A DNA stretch of 64,000 nucleotides, from NCBI GenBank assembly GCA_973895155.1, contig OZ316891.1:28153145-28217144 (forward strand), read 5' to 3'. Both the position numbers and the translations under genes were made by a program. How positions within the stretch are numbered: position 1 is the first letter of the stretch; every line of letters starts with the position of its first letter. The notes beneath the pieces are model-generated. The model was given only the letters and a program-made list of their open reading frames with translations. It did no database searches and was not told where the DNA came from. The stretch comes from Marsupella aquatica. Taxonomy: Eukaryota; Plantae; Marchantiophyta. Positions 11,415-23,169 of this stretch are shown piece after piece.

Positions 11415-13125
11415 TCACTTCTTCAGAGATCAGCATTTAGATACAGCCATTCAAAGGAAACAAAATTAATTCAGCAGCAACTAACCCCCAGAAATTATGG
11501 GAGTTCAGTTTGTCAGAGCATCCACTCAAAACACTATAATCGATTAAGTGTTCAGTGGTCACTGATCATTTTCAGTTTTTCCCAACTACTGAGTGTTCAC
11601 CTGGCATTGGAATGTTCATAGAAACACTGGTGAACAGTGTGTTGTGTCTTCTAGTATGGTAACATGAATTGAGGATAACATTCGTTCAGATGAGATAGCA
11701 GAGTGCAAGTTTGGTCTCCAGAATGCACTTTCACTTAGAGGATGCTACCTGATATGTTTAGGAGGTTGCGTGTTCTTTGTTTTTCTTTGACTAAGGTCAG
11801 ACCAACATCCAGTTGTACGGTTAGGATAAGAATCAGCTGCAAGTGATGGATCAGGTTGGTAATAAGGTAGGGTACTAGACATGCTTTAGTGTACGATGCG
11901 TGATGCCTGTACTCGTGAGCGGAATGCGGTCCTAGGGCAGGTTATTCCCCAGAATTGATTAGTTCTGAAAAAATGGTCTTTCTGGAAGGAAGAATTCAGT
12001 CAAAGAAGCAATTCTGAAAGTCGCTGTCTTCTCCAGTCCTTGAAAAGCCAGCTATCGTGACGAGGTTCGCATCTACATTAAGACCCACCTGATATTAAAT
12101 CTTCACGAACTCCAGGTTAGCAACGAACCATTTGCGGTTGACAAATTGACTGCAAGACGCTCTTACTGGTAGGTCGCACGGCAGAAGAGTGGATGCCTCA
12201 GGGCATGTACACGACAATAAGAGCATGACTGATGTGTGTTGAACATAGTGGTGACTGATGTCCCGTTTCTTCCGTTTCTTCCATTTACGTTCGATCATTA
12301 CTATTTCCGAATTTCAAATAATGAGATCGTGGGATCCATTTCCACCCAGACTGAAACTGGAGTTACATTGAACCCTACGCAAGTATTACAGCAAGTAGTA
12401 CGACAGAAGCTGCTCTTACTGAATTGAAATGGCATGAGTGGAAGTAAGCATCTCATACCATTTATTAATCAATCCCAGTTTGTGGCTGCATGGTGAACTC
12501 CGTATCCAACGTTCTGTTTCCAGCTAACACTTTGAAATATGGGCGATTAATCATCCCACAAAGGGGTACTGATTGCAATTCTATGAAGACCGACTTCTTA
12601 GGTTTTGTTGTTTACCCTTCTCCCAGGCAATGGCTTTTAAGAGAAGGGCAATCAACAATCCCAAGGAAGACACATAGGCTTGGAGGTAAGTTTAGGTGTG
12701 AGGATTCACTTAAGTTTTAAAGTTTTTATTTTCAGAACAAAACAGACCTTGTAGGAGCTAAATTGCTCCCAGGACAGTGGCGGACAGATTAATATGAGAC
12801 AATTCGAGGGGTCTTCCGAGCCAAGGACTAACTTTAAAGTACCTCCAAAGAAGAACCAAGGGCATATTTCACGGCGAAAATCAGATAATACAGAGTCAAA
12901 AACGGGAACCGACTCGAAAGCAAGCGAAAAATGCTGCCAGTTATGACATTCTCTAATGTATCACAGGCTCATGGCAGGGTCATATACAACAGAGACTTGA
13001 ACTGAGTTTGTGCTCAGAAGACATCAGCTTACGTCCATAACATGATCTGCCCTGACATTTAAACCTGATCCTATACTATGCCGCAAGCATAGCAAAAATT
13101 TAAAACTATCTCAAAAGAGCATTGT

Positions 13126-14116
13126 CTAGTCGAATAGACTGAAACCCATGTCATCGTCCGACTCCTCCTTTTCTTCTTCTTTAGGTTTCTCTTCTTCTTT
13201 GGCAGCTGGGGCCTCAGCAGCAGCGGCACCGCTAGAAGCAACGACTACGCCACCTCCTCCTGATGGGACGGAGGCGAACTTTTCCCTTCCGGATGCAATG
13301 ACTTCATTGATGTCCTTTCCCTCTAGCTCGGACAGCAGGAATTTAATCTTGCTATCTTCGGCTTCGGCGCCGACTGCATACATCCATAACGCAACAAGTG
13401 AGTCACAAGCTGTCCCTACTTATTACGCCTTCCTAGTCCTAACCCATATCTGTACCTAGAAGCAGAAGTCAGTCGGCGTCATTCAATTAGCGACACAACC
13501 GACACCAAAAACTAGCTCTGACAATACAGCACTGCGATACTAACACCAACAGATTGTAGTTGCGACAAAACAATTAACTGGATTGAATAGCTGTCGAGGA
13601 AGCGTTCACAGTGTGATAATGCTGGTAGACATCCAAGCCGTACTGCTAGAGAAGTAGACGGCATGAGGGGCAAAGACCAGGAGGAGAGGGTCGACTAGGG
13701 CAAGACTCAGCAAGCAGAACACCTAAACAAATTTATGAGCTGCAAGCTAGTGAGGAGTACTTCAAACCGAACTTCCACACAAGCGAATCCAATAACATTA
13801 ACCCGAGGGAAATTGGACTCATATGCTACGACAACTCATGCTTCAGAAATTTCATCAACGATCTGCAGTTCGCTGCTAATCACTGAACCCAAAAAAAGCA
13901 GTTACGCAAGGAAGTCTACGAGTACTACGAGCTGAAGTAAATCACGGCCAGGAATCTAGACGTCATAAAACTCGAGACGTATCGAGCTGAAACACAGTCG
14001 CTACATAATCCATTTCACGCAATCATACCTGAAGCCAAGATGGACTTGATGGCCTTGGCGTCGGGCGATGGGTTGCCACCCAAGAGAGCCAGGAGGTACG
14101 CAGCCACAACCTTCAT
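13126..14116 (-). CDS. RPP2: 60S acidic ribosomal protein P2, 111 aa
   Basis: Exons 14116-14029 ([29 protein letters not shown]) and 13373-13126, joined by a phase-1 GT-AG intron. C-terminus [13 protein letters not shown]. Confidence 0.97.
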
Positions 14117-14307
14117 CCTCGCGAGCCGGAGGCACCGAAATCAGTCAATCGATCGGCGATTGAAGCAGCGATTGGAGCAGCGATTGAAGCAGTTGCTGCT
14201 GCCCGACGACGACACAGAGAGTCGAGAGAGAGCAAGAGCTTCGAGGGTTGATGGCGCAAAAGGAAAGAATGGGAGCGAGAGAAGGACACAACAAGGCCGA
14301 AACGACG

Positions 14308-14477
14308 AAACCCTAATCGCGAGTATCGTCCGGTCCACGGCGAAGTCGAACAGGCAGGGGATCGACGGGAAAGACAAAAGAATCGGGCGGCGGTAAGGGA
14401 AGGATGATGGGTGCCCTCGATCCGGTCAGGGGGTGGGGCTGAGGGTGCGGTATGGAACCAGAGACCTGGATGGGCCC
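14308..14477 (-). promoter_or_regulatory. RPP2 promoter: telo-box plus site II element
   Basis: AAACCCTAA at 14308-14316 and TGGGCC at 14471-14476. This is the classic motif pair of plant ribosomal-protein promoters. Confidence 0.6.
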
Positions 14478-14511
14478 CCGACCTGGGCATCAAAAGGTCA
14501 ATTTAATTAAA

Positions 14512-16636
14512 TTTTATCCTGTCCTATTCTATCCTAACCTATCCTCCAAACTGGTCTAAATTACTAACACTTTTCAGAATAAATTAAATTATCAAGTGGC
14601 CCCCGATTTGTAGATGGGTTGGCTTAACTCCTGTATACCTACCTAAGATGACACGCAAACTCAAATGGTGTGCCCTAAATAGGGGTCTGGGGTTTAAAGT
14701 AGGTTTGGAACCGGAGACTCAGGTGGCCTTTGACCTGGAGTCATGGGTATCAATCTGTGGTTTTAAAAAAAAAACTACCACCCTAACTTGGGTGGTGGTG
14801 TCCGCACCAAAAATTGGGTTGCAAGGACAAATAGGCGTTCTTCAGGAACTGACCAAACTCAAAATTTTCATGATATTGACTTAACCGGCCCATGGGTGGG
14901 TGCTGTGACCCATCTCAAACCTGAAAATCCCCTGGTAGAGTTTGCCAGAAACTTGATTTTCAATCATGGTCACAAATGGAGATTTCCAGCATTGAAAAAA
15001 TGGGAGACAATGGGTTTGAGACTATGCCCTATTTGACATTTGTATTTAGAGTATGAGATCTACTCACAAAAAGTTGCTATTCACAGTCAATCCTCCTCAA
15101 GTAATTATGCCAACTGCATCAAACCAGTGGAGGACCAGGCTCTCTGACCACAAAGTTCGCTTCTCATAGGTTAAATTGCTGTAATGTGATCAACTACTGT
15201 AGATAGTCCATCCAGTTGGGGTGCTCTTAGCCAGATCCAGAACTTATTTCACTCTTAAAACAACCACTTCTCCAACTTACATAGCCTATTTGTGCAGTAA
15301 GTAATGGCCCGTAACCCCCAGGCCACCCTGGATTTCGGGTAACACAGAGTTCTTCGCTGCACAAAATGTGTCAAGCTAGGAAGAAATGAAAGGAAATTTG
15401 GAAAAACTACCGGCTCACTTCTCTCCGCAAAAATGAGGCATGTGCATTCTAATTAAATCCTAGACCTTCTCAAGAAATATGTAGGTTCTGATTGAATATA
15501 ACAACCAATAAAATGCCCTGACCCTCTATTTGGGAGTGCTCAGGGTAGTTTGAAATCAGGCATTCTGATAAAAAAAATGCCAAGGTTTTCGCATATAGTT
15601 TCCCTAGTTACTTTGTTAAACTTGTCATCCATATACGAAACAATGACATTTGTGTAAATACAAAAAAAATAGTGACACTATTGTCAATTAGAATATCTTT
15701 AGTGGCAAAGTACTTAAAAACTGTTGAATTTGAATGGTTTCAAGAGAGAAATGGCAAAAGTTGCCAAATAGAACACCTAACCTCTTTTAGAAACCAAAAC
15801 TCAACTAGAGCATGTCAGGGCATTCTATTTGAGCACAACTCCGGTGCACTGTTTTGTGAGGAACATGGTAGGGGTTTGTTTTAATTTGCACCCCATTGGT
15901 TTTCTTTGCTGAAAACTTTGAGTTCATTTGGATCATTGTGACCATTGTAGCCCAAATACCCGTGGATCTGCACAAGAAGGGCTCCCCTGCTCAGACTCTG
16001 ATGCCTATCACTAGTCACAAGCATAATCTAAATTAAAAAATGTTTAACAGAGAATTTACAGCCTATGGCATCACTCTACAGAGTAGGTTATGAAAGATAG
16101 ACTTCCATGGCAATTACTATAGAGATAAAGTAGATAATAATAAATAAAATTAAACAATGAGTGATTTTCCTGTCCCCAAACTAGTCTAAAACTACTAACC
16201 TGGCTCCAAAACAAATTTAACTATCATGTTGCCCCCTATGGTGTATGTGGGTTGGCTTGACCAGATTAGATTAACCTGATATGGCACTTTGGGGGACATA
16301 TGGAAGCTCAAATTAGGTCCAAACTAAGCCCCTCTGACAATAAAAGTGGGAGAAATGACAGGGACAAAAATTTGCTAGTACTTCCTTATAGATGGTATTC
16401 AGAATCTGGTACAGGGTGAAGGTACAGTTGAGGGGGTTTACATGGGAAAATTGCTAGCCTCCATGTGCCCATGAACCAATTGCTTGTCATCAAGGGTTAC
16501 TATAGTGGAGTTAAGCCAACTCATTTACAAAATAGGAGGCAACTTGTTAATTAAATTAAATTATTATTATTATTTTGGGGGGGGGGGCAAGTTGGTAATT
16601 TTGACCAGTGTGGAGGATAAGATATAACAAATAAAA
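14512..16636. mobile_element. Non-autonomous DNA element with ~120-bp imperfect terminal inverted repeats (MITE/MULE-like)
   Basis: About 14530-14632 (tatcctccaaactggtctaaattacta...gggttggcttaactcc) is the reverse complement of about 16507-16625 (ggagttaagccaac...gaccagtgtggaggata). A further forward TIR copy lies at about 16165-16283. No TSD resolved. Confidence 0.6.
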
Positions 16637-17122
16637 CTAAATGGGTCTATTGAGGCAACAATAAACAAATTGGTCTAGCATTCCAGTCAAGGAAAACCTC
16701 CACATAACAACTTGTTTGAGAAGCTCCAGTGAGGCTGAGGGTTTTCCAGACATCTCCTATTTACCTATCTAAGCTAGAGGAGCTAGTTGTAATCATGTTT
16801 TTGTGGATTGGATGTTTCAAGGATGCAAAATCCAACTACCCAGAATGCTATGATACTACTTGAAGGAAGATTTCTTGAAATATGGCCCTACACTAGCAAT
16901 CTCTCAACAAATGCAAGATGAAATTGGGAGGTGCTTGAGAAAATGGTCATTTGGGGACTTGAAATGGTCTTATGCAAAAACGTGAGTAGTACTCAACTCG
17001 AAACCTAATTCTCTGAACACCCTGATTCTTAAAGACAGGAAAATAATGTAAGGCAAAATATCTGAACAGCGAAGTTTGCTCAAGCCTTATGGTTGAGTGT
17101 ACCTTGATTCAAAGGTTGGGGG

Positions 17123-17332
17123 AGTTGGTGTTTATAGTCTAATGATATATATTTAATTGAAAATCCGTGCAACAGTTGGTGTTTATAGTCTAATGATATA
17201 TATTTAATTGAAAATCCGTGCAACAGTTGGTGTTTATAGTCTAATGATATATATTTAATTGGAAATCAGTGGGGTAATATATATATTTAATTGGAAAACT
17301 ATGGGGTAGTATATATTTAATTGAAAATCCAT
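17123..17332. repeat. 51-bp AT-rich minisatellite (about 3 copies plus decayed partial copies)
   Basis: The unit gttggtgtttatagtctaatgatatatatttaattgaaaatccgtgcaaca starts at 17124, 17175 and 17226. Confidence 0.9.
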
Positions 17333-17366
17333 GAAACCCCACAGGAAAGGGAGGTAATAGACTACC

Positions 17367-17575
17367 TATTTGAACCCAAGACCTATGAATCTCTACTCAA
17401 GTGAGTGATACCCCACACTCAAGTGAGTGATACCCCACACGAAAGGGGGTAATAGAAGACAATATTTGAACCCAAGACCTTGAGTCTCTCCTCAAGTGAA
17501 CTATCACTCGGCCAAGCTTATTTGAACCCAAGACCTATGAGTCTCTCCTCAAGTGAGCTATCACTAGGCCAAGCT
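17367..17575 (-). repeat. Clustered tRNA-like ~57-bp repeats with Pol III A/B-box-like motifs (SINE-head-like)
   Basis: Three copies at about 17367, 17463 and 17519. The minus strand reads TGGCCTAGTGAT...GGTTCAAAT with tRNA-like spacing. A diverged copy lies at about 24364-24416. Confidence 0.6.
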
Positions 17576-18278
17576 TGCTTGAGCCCCTATTCATATGATA
17601 ATAATAGTGACCATCAGAGAAAGATCAACATACATGTTTCAGTGTGATGTGGGGCTCAAGAGTATGAAATGGTATTTGAGAGAAGAACGAGAACATCCAT
17701 GTTTAGGTGTGACTCTATTAGAGCATGTGCTCCGGTTTTAGGACTGCTGGCTGGTATCAAAACAAATTTGGGGCTCAGATCCAGGTCAGAACTGCTGCGC
17801 CCTCCCCAAAAAAGAAACAGATTGCACCACTGACCAGAAAAAATTCCGTCACACAAGACTTCTCCATCTCGTATATAATTTCACTTTGATGAATTTGGGC
17901 ATCTTTCCTTTTCGACAGGTAACAGTTTGCTTACATTGGAAATTTTTAGACCCGCCTATGCTCCGAGCAACTTAATTGCTTCTCAATTCATTCAATCGAG
18001 CCAAGACCTCATCCAAGACTGGCATGGTGGAAGAATGGAAAACAGAAGAATGCGGGACATATTGTATTCCCTCATACGTCAATGCCGTTACTGGACGAAA
18101 AGGAGGCATCCTACACCACGATGATACCAGTGGCAGGCATTTCAATCTTCCCAGGAGACTAATATCCTTCTCTACAATCTTTACTTTTGTATTGTACAAG
18201 CTACATATATCAGTACAAAGAAATTGTTGACTGTCAAAACAATTGTTCTATTAAGACAATACAGCTTGTAAAAGCTCT

Positions 18279-20475
18279 CTATCCTACACTCCCTTCAAGC
18301 TTCAAGCTCATCAGCTGGCTCACTTCTGCTGCAAATTCCAGAGGCAACTCGTTGAATACTTCCCGACAAAAGCCACCAATAATTGCCGCCACTGCTTTCT
18401 CTGCATCAATTCCTCTTTGCTGAAAGTAGAATAGTTGGTCTTCCCCAATTTTCGAGGTACTTGCCTCATGCTCCACGCGCGCTGACGGATCCTTCACCTG
18501 TTTCACCAACCAATTTTATGTCAGACCTAAACAACATCGAAGCACTGCTGACTGTTCTTACCAATTGGGAACTGGACCGAAGAATCGACCAGAACTACAG
18601 TAGAACTATGGACTACTGAGAGTACAAAACTCCAAGGGTAGCCTCCCCTCCAAGTCGATAATGAAACTCAAATGCAATCATTCATAAACGCTAGGACACA
18701 TTCCATCGCTTAAACGATGGTCAATATTCAGCTGAAACTACACCTTCAAGAATTATAGGTTTTACGTGAGAAATTGAAGTAAAATCTTCCGTGTAGAGAT
18801 ATTTCGGCTCCCTGAAGGCCTTCTAATCTGATGCTTTCTAACTTCACTTATGGCGGATAGAATACAAAAGTCTCCGGCGAACATAGAAAACACCGAAAAC
18901 AACTAAATCACACTGAAATCAAGTCAAAAACATACATTGTTCTTGAAGATTACTGGGAGCGAAGCGAGTTACCTGGATGTAGGGGTAAGTATTGGCTCCA
19001 GCCTCATCTCCAATGAGCATAGAATCGCACTGAGAAAAATTCCTAGCGTTATGAGCGGAAGGCAGCACCTGAACTAATCCTCTGTAGCAATTCACTGACT
19101 TGCCAGCAGAGATGCCTTTGGACACAATTCTGCTCCTCGTGTTCTTGCCTGTGTGAATCATCTTTGTGCCGGTGTCTGCCTGCTGCCTGTTATTTGTCAG
19201 AGCAACGGAATAGAATTCGCCGATCGAATTATCGCCCTTCAGCACCACACTGGGATACTTCCAGGTGATTGCTGATCCAGTTTCTACTTGGGTCCATGAG
19301 ATTTTGGAAGACGCTCCGTCACACAGTCCTCGCTTAGTGACGAAGTTATATATCCCACCGTTGCCCTCCCCATCACCGGCATACCAATTCTGAACCGTTG
19401 AGTACTTGATCTCTGCCCCTTCCCCACAATAAAGCTCCACGACCGCAGCGTGCAGCTGATTCTTATCGTATGCTGGAGCAGTGCAGCCTTCCAAATAGCT
19501 CACAAAGCTCCTGTCGTCGGCCACTATCAAAGTCCTCTCAAATTGGCCGGTTTCCATAGCGTTGATTCTAAAATACGTCGAAATCTCCATCGGCGACACC
19601 GTATCTTTCGGAACGTAACAAAACGAGCCATCACTGAAAACCGCAGAGTTGAGAGCGGCATAGAAGTTGTCGGCCACAGGCACCACCTTTCCTAGAGACT
19701 TCTTCACCAATTCTGGATACTCTCGGATTGCTTCTGATATGGAACAGAAGATGACTCCTGCAGCAGCCAGAGTTTTCCTATGCGTTGTCGCGATAGAAAC
19801 ACTGTCAAAAACAGCGTCCACAGCCACGTTTGCGAGGCGCTTTTGCTCGGTGATCGGAATCCCTAGCTTCTCAAACGTTTCTAGCAAGTCCGGATCTACT
19901 TCATCCAAGCTCGCCTTCTTCTCCTTCTGCTTCGGCTCCGAATAGTAGCAAATATCCTGGAAATCAATCTTCGGATACCGATTATCCGACCACTGCGGCT
20001 CCTTCATCTTCAGCCATTGCTTGTACGCATTCAGGCGGAATTGCAGCATCCACTCCGGTTCCTTCTTCTTGGCCGAAATAAACCGAACAGTCTCCTCCGA
20101 CAAACCCTTGGCGATGGAGTCCGACTCTATGTTCGAGATGAAACCATACTTATAATCCCTCCTCAGAAACTCCTGAACCGTATCGTCACTCGTGTTCGTC
20201 TTGCTGCTGCCACTCGGTAACCTATCCAGCACGGCTCCATCAGCAGCTACCTCAGACACAGCCTCGCACCTCACCCCGCCTGCACGCTGCGGCAGCCTCC
20301 TCTGAATCGAGACCTTCTGAGGCTGTAATTGCGCACAATCCAATCTTCCTCCGAATCCATCACTCCGCAAGAACCCAACGCCCGCTCCTCCTCCTCCTTC
20401 CTTCGTTTGCAAACTCCGCGAACGAGCAATGTCTAATCCTCCAGCAGCAGCTCCCGGAAACACCGCCATCGCCAT
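18279..20475 (-). CDS. SUFB: Plastid Fe-S cluster assembly protein SufB (ABCI8/NAP1/ycf24 homologue), about 573 aa with transit peptide
   Basis: Exons 20475-18973 and 18497-18279, joined by a phase-0 GT-AG intron (TYPYIQ|VKDPS). Motifs [54 protein letters not shown]. Confidence 0.97.
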
Positions 20476-20691
20476 CTCTTTCCTTCCTTTCGTCGATGTC
20501 GAGCACCAAAACTGCAGAATGAACACCTTCAGGGGATTTCACTCAGCCTCGTGTCGACCACGCGCCAAACAAAACTTCGTGAACTGGTGAAAGTGGGACT
20601 GGGGGTGTACAAAACGGTTTCATGGCCCTACGGACTGGGAGTGCGAGCGCACTCCCAATCCCACACCTGCCTGCTCGTGTGGTGATCAGTG

Positions 20692-20807
20692 TAGTCACTA
20701 TAAAAATGTGGAGATCAGTGTAGTCACCATAGCACGTGGAACCCAAGCTAGTCACTATAAAAATGTGGAGATCAGTGTAGTCACCATAACACGTGGAACC
20801 CAAGCTA
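20692..20807. repeat. 57-bp tandem duplication in the SUFB promoter, each copy containing a G-box (CACGTG)
   Basis: tagtcactataaaaatgtggagatcagtgtagtcaccata(g/a)cacgtggaacccaagc at 20692 and 20749. Confidence 0.9.
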
Positions 20808-21044
20808 ACGGGTCTCGGTAACTGCACATCAAAATATGACATATACGTTATACGACACCCCTGCATACCGTGAAATCCTAGTTTTTTCTATTCAATCAAT
20901 GAATGTCGTCACATTTTGATGTGTGATTACCAGCAGGGCAAGCTAAGTGGGTTTGCAAACTAAGTGCCAAACAGGGGAGACAGAATCCCAAACACAAAAC
21001 ACCCAATAAAGGGAGAACAAGGGAAAGAATCACGAGACGACCTA

Positions 21045-23007
21045 CACTGTTCACCCTTTTCAGGGTCTACTCGTGTATTTTCAAGATCTATTTGCAAATC
21101 AGTGTTAGTCACACTAACACTAATTTTGTGTTAACACTATTTTTGTGCATATGAATTAGTGTTACTATGGTCCTAAGAATGGAAAACTAGAGAGAGAAAA
21201 ACTATTTTGAAAAATTCACAATTAGTGTTACTTTGCACTCAAGATCATCCATTTTTTACAAGCAATTTAAATTAAAGTGGAAAAAATTTGTTTTCCAAAT
21301 CATCAAAATTTGTAACTAAGGCCCAGATGGACTGCTAGGTTGTCTCCATCTATACTCATGGACTGTGACAAGGGACAGACCATATAACACATAATATGAG
21401 ATAGCTTAAGTGCAAATGGATGGTAAATTCTGTCATTAATTGTCCACCTACATTTCTGTCACGATAAGAACATAATGTGCACCAAATTCTGTCACGGTAA
21501 GAACATAACACCAAAAACTGAAATTAAGAATGTTTTGGAATAGGGAGTGAAGATGCACATTTAACATTTCCTGTAGTGTCTGTAGCGGCAAAGTACTTGA
21601 AGTGCACTTTGTAACAAGAGCAGCGTCGTATGAACAACATGATTTCCGATAGCTCTGCGGCAAAAAAAATGCTCTTTGTGACAAGCGCATTGCTCTCTGA
21701 AAAATATGATTCATCAACAATACTCCCCAAAAGTAAAATCTTAAGTAGCTCTATGACAATAAAATTAGTCAAAACACTTTTGTATAGCAAGAGCAATGAT
21801 CTCTGAAAAATAGGATTCCACAACAACGCTCATGTAAACTAAAATTTCCCTTAGCTTCACAATGGAAAAATCTTGGATCCTCACTTCTTTTCTTCCAACC
21901 CATCGCGTGCAAAGAAGTTAGGGATTTATTAATTCAAATGCGTGGAAGACTTTACAATGTTTTTGAAGAAACATAGGGGTGTTTTTAATATATTTTAAGA
22001 ATTATAAGACCTATAGGGTTTTTTAATATCAAAAGTGAGAATATTCCTAGAATGTTCCATAAAGTTAGGGGCAAAAATATATAGTAAAAATCAACTTTCT
22101 TTTCTTAAGTTTTAGGGTATTTATAACTTGTAAACTCCACCCATGATATGGGCTCCCGAGGAAAAAATGACTACATTTTTTATAACAAGCAATGCTCTAT
22201 GAAAACTATTTTGCAACAACATTTCTAGAAGTTGTATAATCATTCCGCGAAGTATTGATGCCCTAGAATCTCAAGAAAGTGTGTAGAAAAATTGTAATCC
22301 ATTTGTGACAATTGAGCTTATTTGGGTGCCACCTGGCCTCCTTGGTGGGAACTGTCTCCTTGGCTCATGAGTCATTGTGCTGCTTGCCCCCCCCCCCCTT
22401 TGCGGGGCTTATGAATATTAAACAAATATTTTTTAGTAAATTAAGTTCATTTGGTTTTTACCATTGGGCAAACTACTTAAGGCGGTATGAATAAAATGTG
22501 AAGCACTCAATCTATTCAAAGTTTCATCTACTTTGAATAGATGAAACTTTATAAGGTCTTCATATAAGAACCAAATTAAATGTACTTTACATGTTATCTT
22601 TTTTATTAAAATCTTAAAAATAGGTAGAGTAATTATGTGGAGCGGAAGAGTATTGGGAGAAAGCAGCGAAGCTCTCAATAAAAAAGTGCTATGGCCACTG
22701 ACATTTTGTTAGGACAAAAGTGGTGACAGAGTTAGTGACACAGAAAATTTATGGATAGAAGTGACGAATTGATTACTTACACTCTACTTTATGAGCAGAA
22801 ATGTAAATAGCAATGTCCAAGCACACTTTTATGTTTTGATCGAGTCCATGCAAGTTTGGTTTATCCATGAGAGCTTCATGAACAACGTGCAAGTCCATCC
22901 GGGCTTTAACTTCTCAAAAATTAGTGTTACTTGGACTCAAAATCATGTTTACCAAAATTAGTGACAGTAACAATAATTTGTACTAACACTAATTATGATG
23001 AACAGTG
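21045..23007. mobile_element. Non-autonomous DNA transposon, about 1.96 kb, CACTG...CAGTG termini flanked by TA
   Basis: TA|CACTGTTCA...TGAACAGTG|TA. Repeated sub-terminal tagtgtta/taacacta motifs at both ends. Further inverted matches (gcccagatggact at about 21321 vs agtccatccgggc at about 22892). AT-rich non-coding interior. Confidence 0.75.
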
Positions 23008-23169
23008 TAGAAAACCAACAAGCCAAGGGGTCCCCCAAGACCAAAAGGGAACAACCAACCAACTATACAACAAAGTGGTCTAGAAGACTAACACCCTAGT
23101 GGGCAGAGAACTAAAAAGTGAGTAAATCGCATAGGAGGGTCACGAAGTGGAATCTACCTAGAGGTCCTA

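Noticed and set aside
13700-13860. Possible box C/D snoRNA in the RPP2 intron (TGATGA near 13855 and CTGA near 13708 on the minus strand)
   Set aside because: The terminal stem is poor and I could not identify an rRNA antisense element. A snoscan or Infernal search would be needed.
17519-17575. Functional tRNA gene
   Set aside because: No complete cloverleaf: the 3' side of the T-stem and the acceptor stem are missing. Kept only as a tRNA-like repeat.
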